A DNA stretch of 64,000 bases from assembly GCA_029243545.1 (NCBI GenBank), contig JAQWRV010000029.1:34295-98294 (forward strand). The letters are read 5' to 3'. Under the pieces are notes generated by a model. That model did not search any database, was not told where the DNA came from, and was given only the letters and a program-made list of their open reading frames with translations. The stretch comes from Rhodospirillaceae bacterium. Lineage in GTDB: Bacteria; Pseudomonadota; Alphaproteobacteria; Rhodospirillales; Rhodospirillaceae. Shown piece after piece: positions 51,335-60,843 of this stretch; within the stretch, counting starts at the first letter, position 1; the number at the start of each line of letters is the position of its first letter. The position numbers and the translations under genes were made by a program.

Positions 51335-52510
51335 ATGTTGGATCGGCGTACTTTGTTGAACACATCAGTTGCTGCTATTGCATCGACGTTGCCGGCGCTT
51401 AAAGCCGAAGCGAAAGGTCTCGACTTTGACCTCGAGCCGCGCGGCACGACGGGCGTCTTCGAGCGGCTGCCCCGTCTCGACCTTGAAAGTGAACTTGGTT
51501 TTTACACTAGCTATCGGACGTGGATACGCCAAGACGTCTTTCGTTCAGCGGCGCGCCGGGCCAACGCCATTTTCAGGGAACTGGCCATCAACCCGCGTGA
51601 GAATGACCTTCCCATCCGCGAGGTCGTCAAGATACTCGAGAATGATCCGCTAATGGGCTACACGGTGCATGCGCGTGAAACCACTCAGCAAATTATGTGG
51701 GCGGCCATTCAGGACGCCTACCATGCCGATGGGGAAATGTATCTGGAAGAACTGGAGCGTGCGGAGCTAAAAGGGCCTGGCTCTCTTCAACTCCGGGCCG
51801 ATCTGCACATTCCTAGATTCGCCAGCTATGAAATTCATCTTCAGCCGGGCGGCTATGTGGGCGATCCGTTTGCCGGTTACATTTATTACCACGGCCTTAA
51901 TGTTGAATTTGGCAACGGGAATTATCGCGATGAACTCCAAACAGGCCGGGCGGACGCGGTGCCGCTGCCACCGGATGGCAAGGTTAAGCGCGTGCTCGAG
52001 CAGGGCTGTAGCGCAGGGCAGCTCACTTTGGCGCTGAAGAAGAAATTCCCTGATGCGGAAGTATGGGGTAACGACATCGGGGCACCAATGTTGCGTTTTG
52101 CACATATGAGATCAGCAGACTTGGGTGTAGAAACCCACTACATGCATGAGCTGTGCGAAGAGAGTAATTTCCCTGACAACCATTTCGATATCATTACTAA
52201 TTTTCTGCTCTACCATGAAATTCCAGAGCAGGTTGGCCGTGACATCATTCATGAGAGTTTCCGCACCCTCAGACCTGGCGGCATCTGGTACCCGATGGAT
52301 ATCTACACGTCGAGCCCGCCACCGCAATCAGCTTATGGCAAGTTCTCGTCGTGGTTCGATCACCGCTGGAATTCCGAGGTGTGGTGGCTAGATTACCGTA
52401 AGCTGGCGCCAGACTTTGAGAACGAGATGAAACGCGCTGGTTTCGAGGTCGTGCGCCATCCGACAGGACAGGGCAGCCGCACCAACATTATGGGCGTTAA
52501 ACCGGCCTAA
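51335..52510 (+). CDS. class I SAM-dependent methyltransferase-fold protein with twin-arginine-type signal peptide
   Basis: N-terminus MLDRRTLLNTSVAAIASTLPALKAEA-K. C-terminal half carries methyltransferase motifs VLEQGCSAG (I), WGNDIG (post-I), FDIITNFLLYHEIP (II) and LRPGGIW (III). Confidence 0.75.
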   Translation: MLDRRTLLNTSVAAIASTLPALKAEAKGLDFDLEPRGTTGVFERLPRLDLESELGFYTSYRTWIRQDVFRSAARRANAIFRELAINPRENDLPIREVVKILENDPLMGYTVHARETTQQIMWAAIQDAYHADGEMYLEELERAELKGPGSLQLRADLHIPRFASYEIHLQPGGYVGDPFAGYIYYHGLNVEFGNGNYRDELQTGRADAVPLPPDGKVKRVLEQGCSAGQLTLALKKKFPDAEVWGNDIGAPMLRFAHMRSADLGVETHYMHELCEESNFPDNHFDIITNFLLYHEIPEQVGRDIIHESFRTLRPGGIWYPMDIYTSSPPPQSAYGKFSSWFDHRWNSEVWWLDYRKLAPDFENEMKRAGFEVVRHPTGQGSRTNIMGVKPA

Positions 52511-52560
52511 ATTGTCATATTGCTATGGTTTGAGATCGCCTGAAGTTGCCACTAGTATTC

Positions 52561-53028
52561 AGGGATGACCCCATCATTGGCCTCCTCCGGCTCAGTGTCC
52601 GGCGGTTTTGCCAACTCCAAAACGGTTCTGGAGTTGGCGGGATTTGGTGACGCCAGGGGCAGTCTCGAGAATTTGCCCTAAGGTAAAAATCGACATGCTG
52701 CTGGATAAAGGGCAGGGCGGTTAATTTTGCCCAGCGTCTGGGTGAGGACACCGGTTTTCCGGATGGCCATTTTGAGATTGTGGCATCTTATATTTTGCAC
52801 CACGAGCTGCCGCTGCATGTTTCCAAGCAGGTCACTAAGGAAGCCTATAGGATTTCCCAGCCGGGCGGCGTGCTCTATCCAGTCGATACCGGGCTAATAA
52901 ACCCGCCGACCTGGGCCTGAGACAAATTCGGCTGGTGGTGGACCCAATGCTGGAACCAGGAAGTTTGGTATTATGACTCTGCTACCCTCGATTTCTCTGG
53001 CGAATTGGCCAAGTCCGGGGAGCATTAG
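52561..53028 (+). pseudogene. decayed tandem paralog of the upstream methyltransferase (frameshifts, deletions, in-frame TGA at 52918-52920)
   Basis: Manual translation: NFAQRLGEDTGFPDGHFEIVASYILHHELPLHVSKQVTKEAYRISQPGGVLYPVDTGLINPPTWA*DKFGWWWTQCWNQEVWYYD. This aligns with RFAHMR..CEESNFPDNHFDIITNFLLYHEIPEQVGRDIIHESFRTLRPGGIWYPMDIYTSSPPPQSAYGKFSSWFDHRWNSEVWWLD in the intact copy. The motif-I remnant LLDKGQGG lies in another frame. The N-terminal ~170 residues are absent. Confidence 0.7.
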
Positions 53029-53265
53029 GCGTCCGCAGGGGGGGCTGGCTGTCGCCCAATCGCTGAGCCTGGATTTAGGCTCGGCCAATCTAGTCGTGAT
53101 TAAGCCTGCCTGAGGGCGTATATGGCTTGCATTTAAGGGGGTAAACACTTAGAAACCCGCTCATTCCACATGTAGGGATGCGGCTGCCGGGAGTTTCGGT
53201 AGTGCGATCCGGTCCGGGGCAGGGGCCCCGGTCTCCCCCTACAGAGGTTCAACCGGAGAAGAATT

Positions 53266-54411
53266 ATGTCGCTGCCTACGTTCAGCATGCGTCAGCTTAT
53301 TGAAGCTGGCTGTCACTTTGGCCACAACACACGCCGCTGGAATCCGAAAATGGATACCTTCCTCTTTGGTGTCCGTGATGGAATTCACATCATTGATTTG
53401 CAACAGACGGTGCCGCTTTTGCACCGGGCCATGCAGGCAGTACACGACGCCGTCGCCGCCGGCGGCCGGGTACTGTTTGTTGGTACAAAGCGCCAGGCTC
53501 ATGATCCCGTAAAAGAGTATGCCGAGCGCTGCGGCCAGTATTACGTTAATCACCGTTGGCTAGGCGGAATGCTGACCAATTGGAACACGATTTCAAAGTC
53601 GATCAAGCGCCTGAAGGATCTTGAAGCGCGCTTTGCCAGCGAAGACGGTATGGCGGGCTTGACCAAAAAGGAGCAGCTCAACCTCGAGCGGGAAAAAACT
53701 AAGCTGGACCTGGCACTGGGCGGTATCAAGGACATGGGTGCAATCCCAGACCTTATGTTTGTGGTCGATACCAACAAGGAAGACATAGCAGTTGCCGAAG
53801 CCAACAAATTGAATATTCCCGTTATCGGTATTTTGGACAGTAACTCCAATCCATCCGGTGTCGATTTCCCCATTCCCGGGAACGACGATGCTATTCGGGC
53901 GATCAAGCTGTATCTGGAGTTGATGGCTAACTCCGCCCTTGAAGGTATTCAGGATGAAATGAAGGCTGCAGGTGTAGACCTCGGTGCACAGGAAGAAGCG
54001 CCGCAGGAGAAACTGCCGGTAAAAGAAAAGTCTGCCAAGCCTGCTGTAGAAGAAAAAGAGGATGTGGCTGAGGCTGCACCGGTTGAATCCACACCGGTTG
54101 AAACCGCTTCAGCTCCAGCTCCAGCTCCAGCTCCAGCTCCAGCTCCAGCTCCAGCTCCAGCAGACGATAAAACTATGGCAGATACGAAAGCGAAAGAACC
54201 AGCGGTAGCAGAACCAGCGGCAGCGGAGCCTGAAGAAAACGCTAAAAACGCAAAGGCCGAACAGAAAAAACCTGCTGCAAAAAAGGCTGCTGCAGTTAAA
54301 AAGGCCGCCGCCAAGAAAAAGGCTACCCCAAAGCCAAAAGCTCCTGCAGTCAAAAAGGCCGCCACCAAGAAAAAGGCCGCCACCAAGAAAGCTGAAGCAA
54401 AGAAAGATTGA
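53266..54411 (+). CDS. rpsB: 30S ribosomal protein S2 with ~135-aa C-terminal extension
   Basis: Canonical S2 core ([34 protein letters not shown]). After about residue 245 comes an acidic segment, (AP)8, and a Lys/Ala-rich tail. 381 aa in total. Confidence 0.95.
   Translation: MSLPTFSMRQLIEAGCHFGHNTRRWNPKMDTFLFGVRDGIHIIDLQQTVPLLHRAMQAVHDAVAAGGRVLFVGTKRQAHDPVKEYAERCGQYYVNHRWLGGMLTNWNTISKSIKRLKDLEARFASEDGMAGLTKKEQLNLEREKTKLDLALGGIKDMGAIPDLMFVVDTNKEDIAVAEANKLNIPVIGILDSNSNPSGVDFPIPGNDDAIRAIKLYLELMANSALEGIQDEMKAAGVDLGAQEEAPQEKLPVKEKSAKPAVEEKEDVAEAAPVESTPVETASAPAPAPAPAPAPAPAPADDKTMADTKAKEPAVAEPAAAEPEENAKNAKAEQKKPAAKKAAAVKKAAAKKKATPKPKAPAVKKAATKKKAATKKAEAKKD
54112..54159 (+). repeat. perfect hexanucleotide microsatellite (GCTCCA)x8 inside rpsB, encoding (Ala-Pro)8
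   Basis: Counted directly from the sequence lines. An imperfect copy, GCTTCA, lies immediately 5' at 54106-54111. Confidence 0.85.
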
Positions 54412-54514
54412 CGGGCTGGTGTCCGATTGGGCGGACAACGCTCTACCCTGCCAAGTGGCGGGGACGGCGTTGTTGCTTTGAGTGGCCAGAGATAGGCAAG
54501 GAAGAACAGAAGAA

Positions 54515-55444
54515 ATGGCACAGATCACAGCGGCTCTCGTGAAAGAGCTGAGAGAAAAATCCGGCGCGGGCATGATGGACTGCAAAAAGGCGTTGTCGGA
54601 AACAGATGGCGATATAGAAGCCGCAATTGACTGGTTGCGTAAAAAAGGTCTGTCGGCTGCCGCCAAAAAATCCGGCCGGGTTGCGGCTGAAGGTTTGATT
54701 GGCGTTGCAGTAGACGGTACCAAGGGCGCGATTTTGGAAGTGAATGCCGAAACAGACTTTGTTGCCAGGAACGATATCTTCCAAGGCTTTGTTGAAGCCG
54801 CTACAAATCTGAGTCTCGGAACCGATGGTGACCTTGAAGCGCTCAAGACAGTTGACGTGCTGGGAGAAGGCCGCAACGTTCAGGATCAGGTGATCCACCT
54901 TGTGGCGACCATTGGCGAGAATATGCAGCTTCGCCGCTCCGAAGCCCTATCGGTAAGCAAGGGGGTTGTCGCCGCTTACATGCACTCAGCCGTTAAAGCT
55001 GGGCTCGGCAAGATCGGTGTGCTGGTTGCTCTGGAGTCAGAGGGTGATACCGAAAAGCTGACAGAATTTGGCAAACAGCTCGCTATGCATATTGCGGCTG
55101 CAAGCCCACGATTCTTGACGACGGACGGTGTCGATGCGGTCACCCAAGCGCGTGAGCGCCAGGTTTTGACCGATCAGGCCAAGGAATCCGGACGCCCAGA
55201 TGAGGTCATTGAAAAAATGGTAGATGGCCGGATGCGGAAATTCTTCGAAGAAGTTGTGCTGCTTGAGCAGGTTTATGTGATCTCTGAGGATAAATCGAAA
55301 GTCTCTAAGGTCATCGAAGCAAAGGCTGAAGAGTTAGGATCGGGTATCAAATTGGCCGGGTTTGTGCGATTTGCTCTCGGCGAAGGTATAGAGCGCGAGG
55401 AAAAAGACTTTGCGGCCGAAGTTGCCGAAGCGGTTGGCGGATAA
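54515..55444 (+). CDS. tsf: elongation factor Ts
   Basis: N-terminal UBA-like [22 protein letters not shown]. Start trimmed to ATG 54515 (AAGGAAG upstream). Confidence 0.95.
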   Translation: MAQITAALVKELREKSGAGMMDCKKALSETDGDIEAAIDWLRKKGLSAAAKKSGRVAAEGLIGVAVDGTKGAILEVNAETDFVARNDIFQGFVEAATNLSLGTDGDLEALKTVDVLGEGRNVQDQVIHLVATIGENMQLRRSEALSVSKGVVAAYMHSAVKAGLGKIGVLVALESEGDTEKLTEFGKQLAMHIAAASPRFLTTDGVDAVTQARERQVLTDQAKESGRPDEVIEKMVDGRMRKFFEEVVLLEQVYVISEDKSKVSKVIEAKAEELGSGIKLAGFVRFALGEGIEREEKDFAAEVAEAVGG

Positions 55445-55545
55445 CCAGTATTCATCTTCTTCAACCCTCCCTTTTGTATAAAAGGAGCGGGCGTTTGGCT
55501 GCCAATTTGTGTATGATGTGGGCGCTTCACGGGGCCCAGGCATAG

Positions 55546-55570
55546 AGGGACGGAGTACCGTCCCTTTTTT
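55546..55570 (+). terminator. rho-independent terminator after tsf
   Basis: Stem AGGGACGG / CCGTCCCT with loop AGTA, running into a T6 tract. Confidence 0.75.
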
Positions 55571-55637
55571 GCATCGGAGAAGTCTAAATCTTTGGGGATC
55601 GGCGGCTGGGTTTTATAAGAGGGGAATACTTCAACTC

Positions 55638-56363
55638 ATGGCTAGACCGCTCAGCTATAAACGCATCATGGTTAAGGTGTCCGGTGAAGGACTGATGGGG
55701 CCTGAAACCTATGGTCTTCACAAGGCGACGGTTCTTGAAATCGCTGAAGATATAAAATCCGTTCTCGCAATGGGCCGTCAGGTTTGCATGGTCATAGGGG
55801 GCGGCAATATTTTTCGTGGTGTATCGGTTGCCGCGGAGGGCATGGATCGCACGTCTGCTGACTACATGGGCATGCTGGCCACGGTTATTAACGCGCTCGC
55901 GGTGCAAAACGCCTTGGAAAGCATTGGCATTCAAACCCGTGTCCAATCAGCCATTAGCATGAACAAGATATGTGAACCTTATGTGCGCCGGCGTGCCATG
56001 CGCCATATGGAAAAAGGCCGGGTTGTAATTTTTGCTGCTGGAACTGGCAATCCCTATTTTACGACGGATACGGCGGCTGCTCTACGAGCGGCTGAAATGA
56101 ACTGCGATGCCCTATTGAAGGCTACACAAGTGGATGGCGTATATGCTGAGGATCCAAAGATAAATCCTGACGCTGAGCTATTTGATAGCCTGAGTTTCGA
56201 CAAAGTTCTGGCCGAGGATCTTCGTGTAATGGATACCACTGCAATTGCTTTAGCCCGAGATAATGATATGCCGATCGTGGTTTTTAACATGCATAAAGAC
56301 AAGTCTGTGACGCAGGTTCTTAAGGGCGAGGGCCGGTTTACAGTGATTGGCGGTGAGGAGTGA
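55638..56363 (+). CDS. pyrH: UMP kinase
   Basis: [10 protein letters not shown] and GGGNIFRG motifs. Start trimmed to ATG 55638. Confidence 0.95.
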   Translation: MARPLSYKRIMVKVSGEGLMGPETYGLHKATVLEIAEDIKSVLAMGRQVCMVIGGGNIFRGVSVAAEGMDRTSADYMGMLATVINALAVQNALESIGIQTRVQSAISMNKICEPYVRRRAMRHMEKGRVVIFAAGTGNPYFTTDTAAALRAAEMNCDALLKATQVDGVYAEDPKINPDAELFDSLSFDKVLAEDLRVMDTTAIALARDNDMPIVVFNMHKDKSVTQVLKGEGRFTVIGGEE

Positions 56364-56366
56364 GTC

Positions 56367-56930
56367 ATGGTTGACTTCGAGGGACTAAAAAAAGACCTCA
56401 AGCATCGGATGGACGTTACTGTTGAGGTTGTGAAAAAGGAATTTTCCGGCCTCCGCACTGGTCGCGCTGCCGTCAGCTTGTTGGAGCCCATCATGGTTGA
56501 TGCTTATGGCAGCCAGATGCCGCTCAATCAGGTTGCTAGTATAGCGGTCCCCGAAGCGCGCATGCTGACCGTTCAAGTATGGGACAAAGGGCAGATCAAA
56601 GCAGTTGAGAAGGCTATCCGTGAATCTAGTCTCGGATTAAATCCTGCGGTTGATGGACAGCTTCTTCGCGTTCCTATTCCGGCACTTAACGAGGAACGCC
56701 GCGAAGAGCTTAAGAAGGTTGCTGGAAAGTACGCTGAAGACGGAAGGGTCGCGATCCGTAATGTCAGGCGTGACGGTAACGACCAACTCAAGAAGATGGA
56801 AAAAGATCACGAAATTTCCGAAGACGCTCATCACGAATATCACGATGAAATCCAAAAGATGACAGATGACCTCATCGGCCAAATTGATGCGACCCTTGAG
56901 CTAAAACAGCAAGAGATTATGCAGGTCTAA
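56367..56930 (+). CDS. frr: ribosome recycling factor
   Basis: 187 aa with typical RRF pattern ([22 protein letters not shown]). Confidence 0.95.
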   Translation: MVDFEGLKKDLKHRMDVTVEVVKKEFSGLRTGRAAVSLLEPIMVDAYGSQMPLNQVASIAVPEARMLTVQVWDKGQIKAVEKAIRESSLGLNPAVDGQLLRVPIPALNEERREELKKVAGKYAEDGRVAIRNVRRDGNDQLKKMEKDHEISEDAHHEYHDEIQKMTDDLIGQIDATLELKQQEIMQV

Positions 56931-57670
56931 TGAAAGATATGTCGCTCAAAGCGGTTGAAGGGTCAGGCTTAGTACCACTCCATGTAGCAATTATCATGGA
57001 TGGTAATGGGCGATGGGCACAGGCGCGTGGATTGCCTCGAACGGCTGGTCATAAGCGCGGTGCCGAAGCTGTTAAACGGACAATTATAGCTGCTTCTGAT
57101 ATTGGTGTCCGTTATCTGACGCTGTTCGGTTTTTCTGCTGAGAATTGGCAGCGGTCTGAGTCAGAAATCAAAGACCTAATGGCGTTATTGCGGTTTTATC
57201 TTTTCAACAACGTTAAGGAACTAGCCCAAGAAGGCGTGCGGCTAAGAATCATCGGTGACAGGTCGAGATTGCCTCCCGATACGGTCAAAATAATCATTGA
57301 TGCGGAAGAGCTAACCGCTGCAAATGAGAAACTGTTTCTTACAATTGCATTGAGCTACGGTAGTCGGCAGGAATTGGTAGACGCTGCACGCAATTTAGCC
57401 CACCAGGTGCAAAAGGGCGCGCTATCTCCGGACGAAATCAACGAGGATATATTTGGAGACCAGTTATACACACGAGATATTCCTGATCCGGACCTCTTAA
57501 TCAGAACATCTGGGGAGCAACGCATTAGTAATTTTTTGCTGTGGCAACTGGCCTATACGGAATTGGTTTTTACGGAAACCCGCTGGCCGGACTTCGGCGC
57601 TGCTGAGTTGGACGATGCTGTTGATGAGTATCGCCAGCGTGAGCGTCGCTACGGTATGATTTCGGGCTAA
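56930..57670 (+). CDS. uppS: di-trans,poly-cis-undecaprenyl-diphosphate synthase
   Basis: HVAIIMDGNGRWA and FSAENWQR motifs. TAATG overlap with frr. Confidence 0.95.
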   Translation: MKDMSLKAVEGSGLVPLHVAIIMDGNGRWAQARGLPRTAGHKRGAEAVKRTIIAASDIGVRYLTLFGFSAENWQRSESEIKDLMALLRFYLFNNVKELAQEGVRLRIIGDRSRLPPDTVKIIIDAEELTAANEKLFLTIALSYGSRQELVDAARNLAHQVQKGALSPDEINEDIFGDQLYTRDIPDPDLLIRTSGEQRISNFLLWQLAYTELVFTETRWPDFGAAELDDAVDEYRQRERRYGMISG

Positions 57671-57677
57671 CCTTTAT

Positions 57678-58463
57678 ATGTTCTGGACCCGTGTTGCCAC
57701 AACCGCTGTACTTGCGCCTATCACTTTGAGTGCTGTCTATGCTGGGTTTCCTTTTTTCCATGTGATGATTGCGCTCATGGGGGCGGCGGTTTTGTGGGAA
57801 TTTACCCAGGTCGTCGAGAAAATACGTCTTACGCCTAGAGTAACAGCTGCACTGATAGCGACGGTCGTAGGCGTCGGAGTAGCTTACAACAATATTGAGC
57901 TCTCTTTGGCGGTGATCACGATTACCTGGATTGTACTTTTGATAACTGATCGCTCGGCCCGTCGTTTCTCCAATTCAGCGACCCAAGCTGCGCTCATTTT
58001 TGCGGCGCTCCCGGCGATAGCTTTGGTGGCCGTGTTTTCTATTGGCGGAGCAGCAACCGTGTTTTGGCTGCTTGCGATAGTGTGGGGGACTGATATTGGC
58101 GCTTATGTTGTCGGGCGGCTCGTCGGGGGGGCTCGTTTAGCGCCTGTCATCAGTCCGAATAAGACATGGTCTGGTTCAATTGGCGGACTGATAATCGCAG
58201 TTCTAGCGGCGGCGTTCGTTAATATGGTTGTAGGAATTGGTATTAGTTTTTCTCATCTTATTTGCGCAGCCGGTTTGTCCGTGATTGCTCAGATTGGAGA
58301 TTTAGCTGAGAGCCGGTTTAAGCGTCAACATGGTGTCAAGGATTCTGGAACTTGGATACCAGGACATGGCGGCGTGATGGATCGATTGGACGGCCTTTGG
58401 ACCGCGGCACCGGTCACTGCTCTGATTTGCGCCACCAGCGATGGTGGATTGGCATCGTGGTAA
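57678..58463 (+). CDS. cdsA: phosphatidate cytidylyltransferase
   Basis: Polytopic membrane protein with C-terminal CTP-transferase signature (SxFKRxxGVKDSGxxIPGHGGVMDRLD). Confidence 0.93.
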   Translation: MFWTRVATTAVLAPITLSAVYAGFPFFHVMIALMGAAVLWEFTQVVEKIRLTPRVTAALIATVVGVGVAYNNIELSLAVITITWIVLLITDRSARRFSNSATQAALIFAALPAIALVAVFSIGGAATVFWLLAIVWGTDIGAYVVGRLVGGARLAPVISPNKTWSGSIGGLIIAVLAAAFVNMVVGIGISFSHLICAAGLSVIAQIGDLAESRFKRQHGVKDSGTWIPGHGGVMDRLDGLWTAAPVTALICATSDGGLASW

Positions 58464-59635
58464 TAGCGACTTCCAAGCGCATATCGATTCTCGGATCAAC
58501 AGGCTCGGTCGGTCAAAATACGCTTGATCTTGTTGACCGCAATCGCGACCGCTTCGACGTAGTCGCCCTTACAGCAGGTCGGAATGTTGACGACCTCATT
58601 GCACAGGCACGTCAGTTCAAACCTTTGTTTGCTGTGATAGCTGATCCCGACGCTTACAAGCAATTAAAAGACGGCTTATCCGGGACAGGTGTTTCTGTGG
58701 CCGCCGGGCCCGACGCGCTGATCGAAGCGGCGCAACAGCCAGCTGATCTTATTATGTCTGCCATAGTAGGAGCAGCAGGTCTTAAGCCGACGCTTGCGGC
58801 ATTAGCCCAAAGCACTGTAGTAGCGCTAGCCAATAAAGAGTGTCTGGTCTGTGCCGGCGCTATTTTCATGGATGCCGTACGGCAGCATGATGCAACGCTT
58901 TTACCTGTTGATTCTGAACACAGTGCTATATTTCAGGTTTTTGACGCGCAACAAAGCAATACAATTAATCGCATCATTCTAACGGCTTCGGGGGGGCCGT
59001 TTCGCGAATGGTCAATTGAAGACATGGCGAAAGCATCGCTAGCGCAAGCGACGGCTCATCCCAACTGGTCGATGGGCAGTAAAATTTCAGTCGATTCCGC
59101 GACGATGATGAATAAAGGGCTGGAGGTCATTGAAGCGCATTATCTGTTTGGTTTGCCTGAGAGTCAGATCGAGATTCTCGTTCATCCCCAGTCCGTCGTT
59201 CATAGTCTTGTGGACTACGTCGATGGTTCTGTCTTGGCCCAACTGGGTACGCCCGATATGCGAACGCCCATCGCCTATGCCCTGGCTTGGCCAGACCGTA
59301 TGGCCGTGCCATGTGAACGGCTTGACCTCGCAGAGATCGCTACGCTCTCTTTCGAAGCTCCTGATTCTAAACGATTTCCTGCCTTGGCCCTGGCGCGCAA
59401 CGCTTTACAGGCGGGTGGCGCGGCACCTACACTCCTGAACGCCGCCAATGAGGTCGCTGTGGAGCGGTTTTTGGCGGGTGAAATAGGTTTCCTAGACATC
59501 GCTAGGGCGGTAGAAGACACGCTGGTGTATTGCCAGTACGAAGCCCCGTCTAGTCTCGATGACGTTCTGATGCTGGATACGGAAGCCCGGCGTGCTGCAG
59601 GACGTTGGCTCGCAGTCGGTTCGGCGGCGGAATAG
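58457..59635 (+). CDS. dxr: 1-deoxy-D-xylulose 5-phosphate reductoisomerase (GTG start overlapping cdsA stop)
   Basis: NADPH motif ILGSTGSVG, plus LANKE and NKGLEVIEA motifs. The ORF-track start at 58352 lies inside cdsA and was trimmed. Confidence 0.9.
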   Translation: MVIATSKRISILGSTGSVGQNTLDLVDRNRDRFDVVALTAGRNVDDLIAQARQFKPLFAVIADPDAYKQLKDGLSGTGVSVAAGPDALIEAAQQPADLIMSAIVGAAGLKPTLAALAQSTVVALANKECLVCAGAIFMDAVRQHDATLLPVDSEHSAIFQVFDAQQSNTINRIILTASGGPFREWSIEDMAKASLAQATAHPNWSMGSKISVDSATMMNKGLEVIEAHYLFGLPESQIEILVHPQSVVHSLVDYVDGSVLAQLGTPDMRTPIAYALAWPDRMAVPCERLDLAEIATLSFEAPDSKRFPALALARNALQAGGAAPTLLNAANEVAVERFLAGEIGFLDIARAVEDTLVYCQYEAPSSLDDVLMLDTEARRAAGRWLAVGSAAE

Positions 59636-59657
59636 ACGGAAAAAGGACTGAGACACG

Positions 59658-60785
59658 TTGGAACAAATTCTCGGAATTTTATCAGTCCTTTTCAATTTCA
59701 TTGTCGCGCTTTCGGTGGTTGTTTTTGTTCATGAGCTTGGGCATTTCGTTGTCGCCCGGTGGAACAATGTACGCTGCGAGAGCTTTTCCATAGGTTTCGG
59801 GCCCGAGCTTCTTGGATTTACAGACCGCCTCGGTACGCGGTGGAAATTTAGCCTTATCCCCCTCGGCGGCTATGTGAAGATGTTCGGCGAAGCCGATATC
59901 GCCAACCCCGGTGCAGGCGAAGAGGGAGAGGAAGGCCTCGAGCCCAAAGAAATGGCACCGGAAGAAAAAGCAGTGTCGTTCAAGTTCAAGACATTGGGGC
60001 AGCGGGCCGCAATTGTTTTTGCAGGACCTGCGGTAAACTTTGTTTTCGCGATCCTCGTGTTTTTCGTGCTGTTCATGGCTGTTGGCCGACCCGTGACTGA
60101 GCCGGTTATTGGCGAAGTTGTTCCAGGTAGCGCTGCCGCCGAGGCTGGTTTGCTGGCCGGTGATCGTATTTTAGCAATAGACGGTCAAGAAATTGACCGC
60201 TTTGAAGATTTGCAAAGGTTGGTTCCGCTTGGCAACGGCGCTGAAATGCGCCTCACGATTCTGCGTGCGAATGACATTCTCGACGTTGTTGCTGCGCCAC
60301 GAGTTATTGAAGAGACGGACGTATTCGGCAACCCCCAAAGAAGAGCATTGCTTGGTGTCTCTTCTTCTGGAGAATCACGGATGCTTGTACGCCACAATCC
60401 TATATCTGCGGTAGGACTGGCCGTTCAACAAACCTACATCGTCGTTGAAAGCACCTTCATTGCGGTGGGGCAGATTATCTCCGGAGATCGTGGCACAGAG
60501 GATTTGGGTGGGCCGATCCGCATCGCCAAGTTCTCCGATCAAGCAGCCAAATCTGGGTTAGCAAATTTTGTTATATTTATGGCGATTCTCTCCATAAATC
60601 TCGGCATCATAAATTTATTCCCTGTGCCGTTGCTTGATGGCGGTCACCTGTTATTTTACGCCATCGAAGGCCTGAGGGGCCGACCACTTTCGGACCAAAC
60701 ACAAGAGTGGGGTCTGCGCTTCGGCTTGGTCTTGGTCTTGTCCCTCATGGTCTTTGTAACGTGGAATGATATTCTTCAACTGTGA
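59658..60785 (+). CDS. rseP: RIP zinc metalloprotease RseP (TTG start)
   Basis: HELGHF zinc motif in TM1, a PDZ domain, and a C-terminal NLFPVPLLDGGH motif. Confidence 0.92.
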   Translation: MEQILGILSVLFNFIVALSVVVFVHELGHFVVARWNNVRCESFSIGFGPELLGFTDRLGTRWKFSLIPLGGYVKMFGEADIANPGAGEEGEEGLEPKEMAPEEKAVSFKFKTLGQRAAIVFAGPAVNFVFAILVFFVLFMAVGRPVTEPVIGEVVPGSAAAEAGLLAGDRILAIDGQEIDRFEDLQRLVPLGNGAEMRLTILRANDILDVVAAPRVIEETDVFGNPQRRALLGVSSSGESRMLVRHNPISAVGLAVQQTYIVVESTFIAVGQIISGDRGTEDLGGPIRIAKFSDQAAKSGLANFVIFMAILSINLGIINLFPVPLLDGGHLLFYAIEGLRGRPLSDQTQEWGLRFGLVLVLSLMVFVTWNDILQL

Positions 60786-60843
60786 TATTGATTGCGCATT
60801 CCGCCCAAACGGGACCTAAAAGAGAAAAGGTAAAGAGGGTGCT

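Noticed and set aside
53949-54876. 190-aa and 255-aa minus-strand ORFs containing (AG)n and (WS)n runs
   Set aside because: They are antisense to the rpsB tail and the tsf 5' end. They are kept open only by the GCTCCA microsatellite and the Lys/Ala-codon tract on the plus strand.
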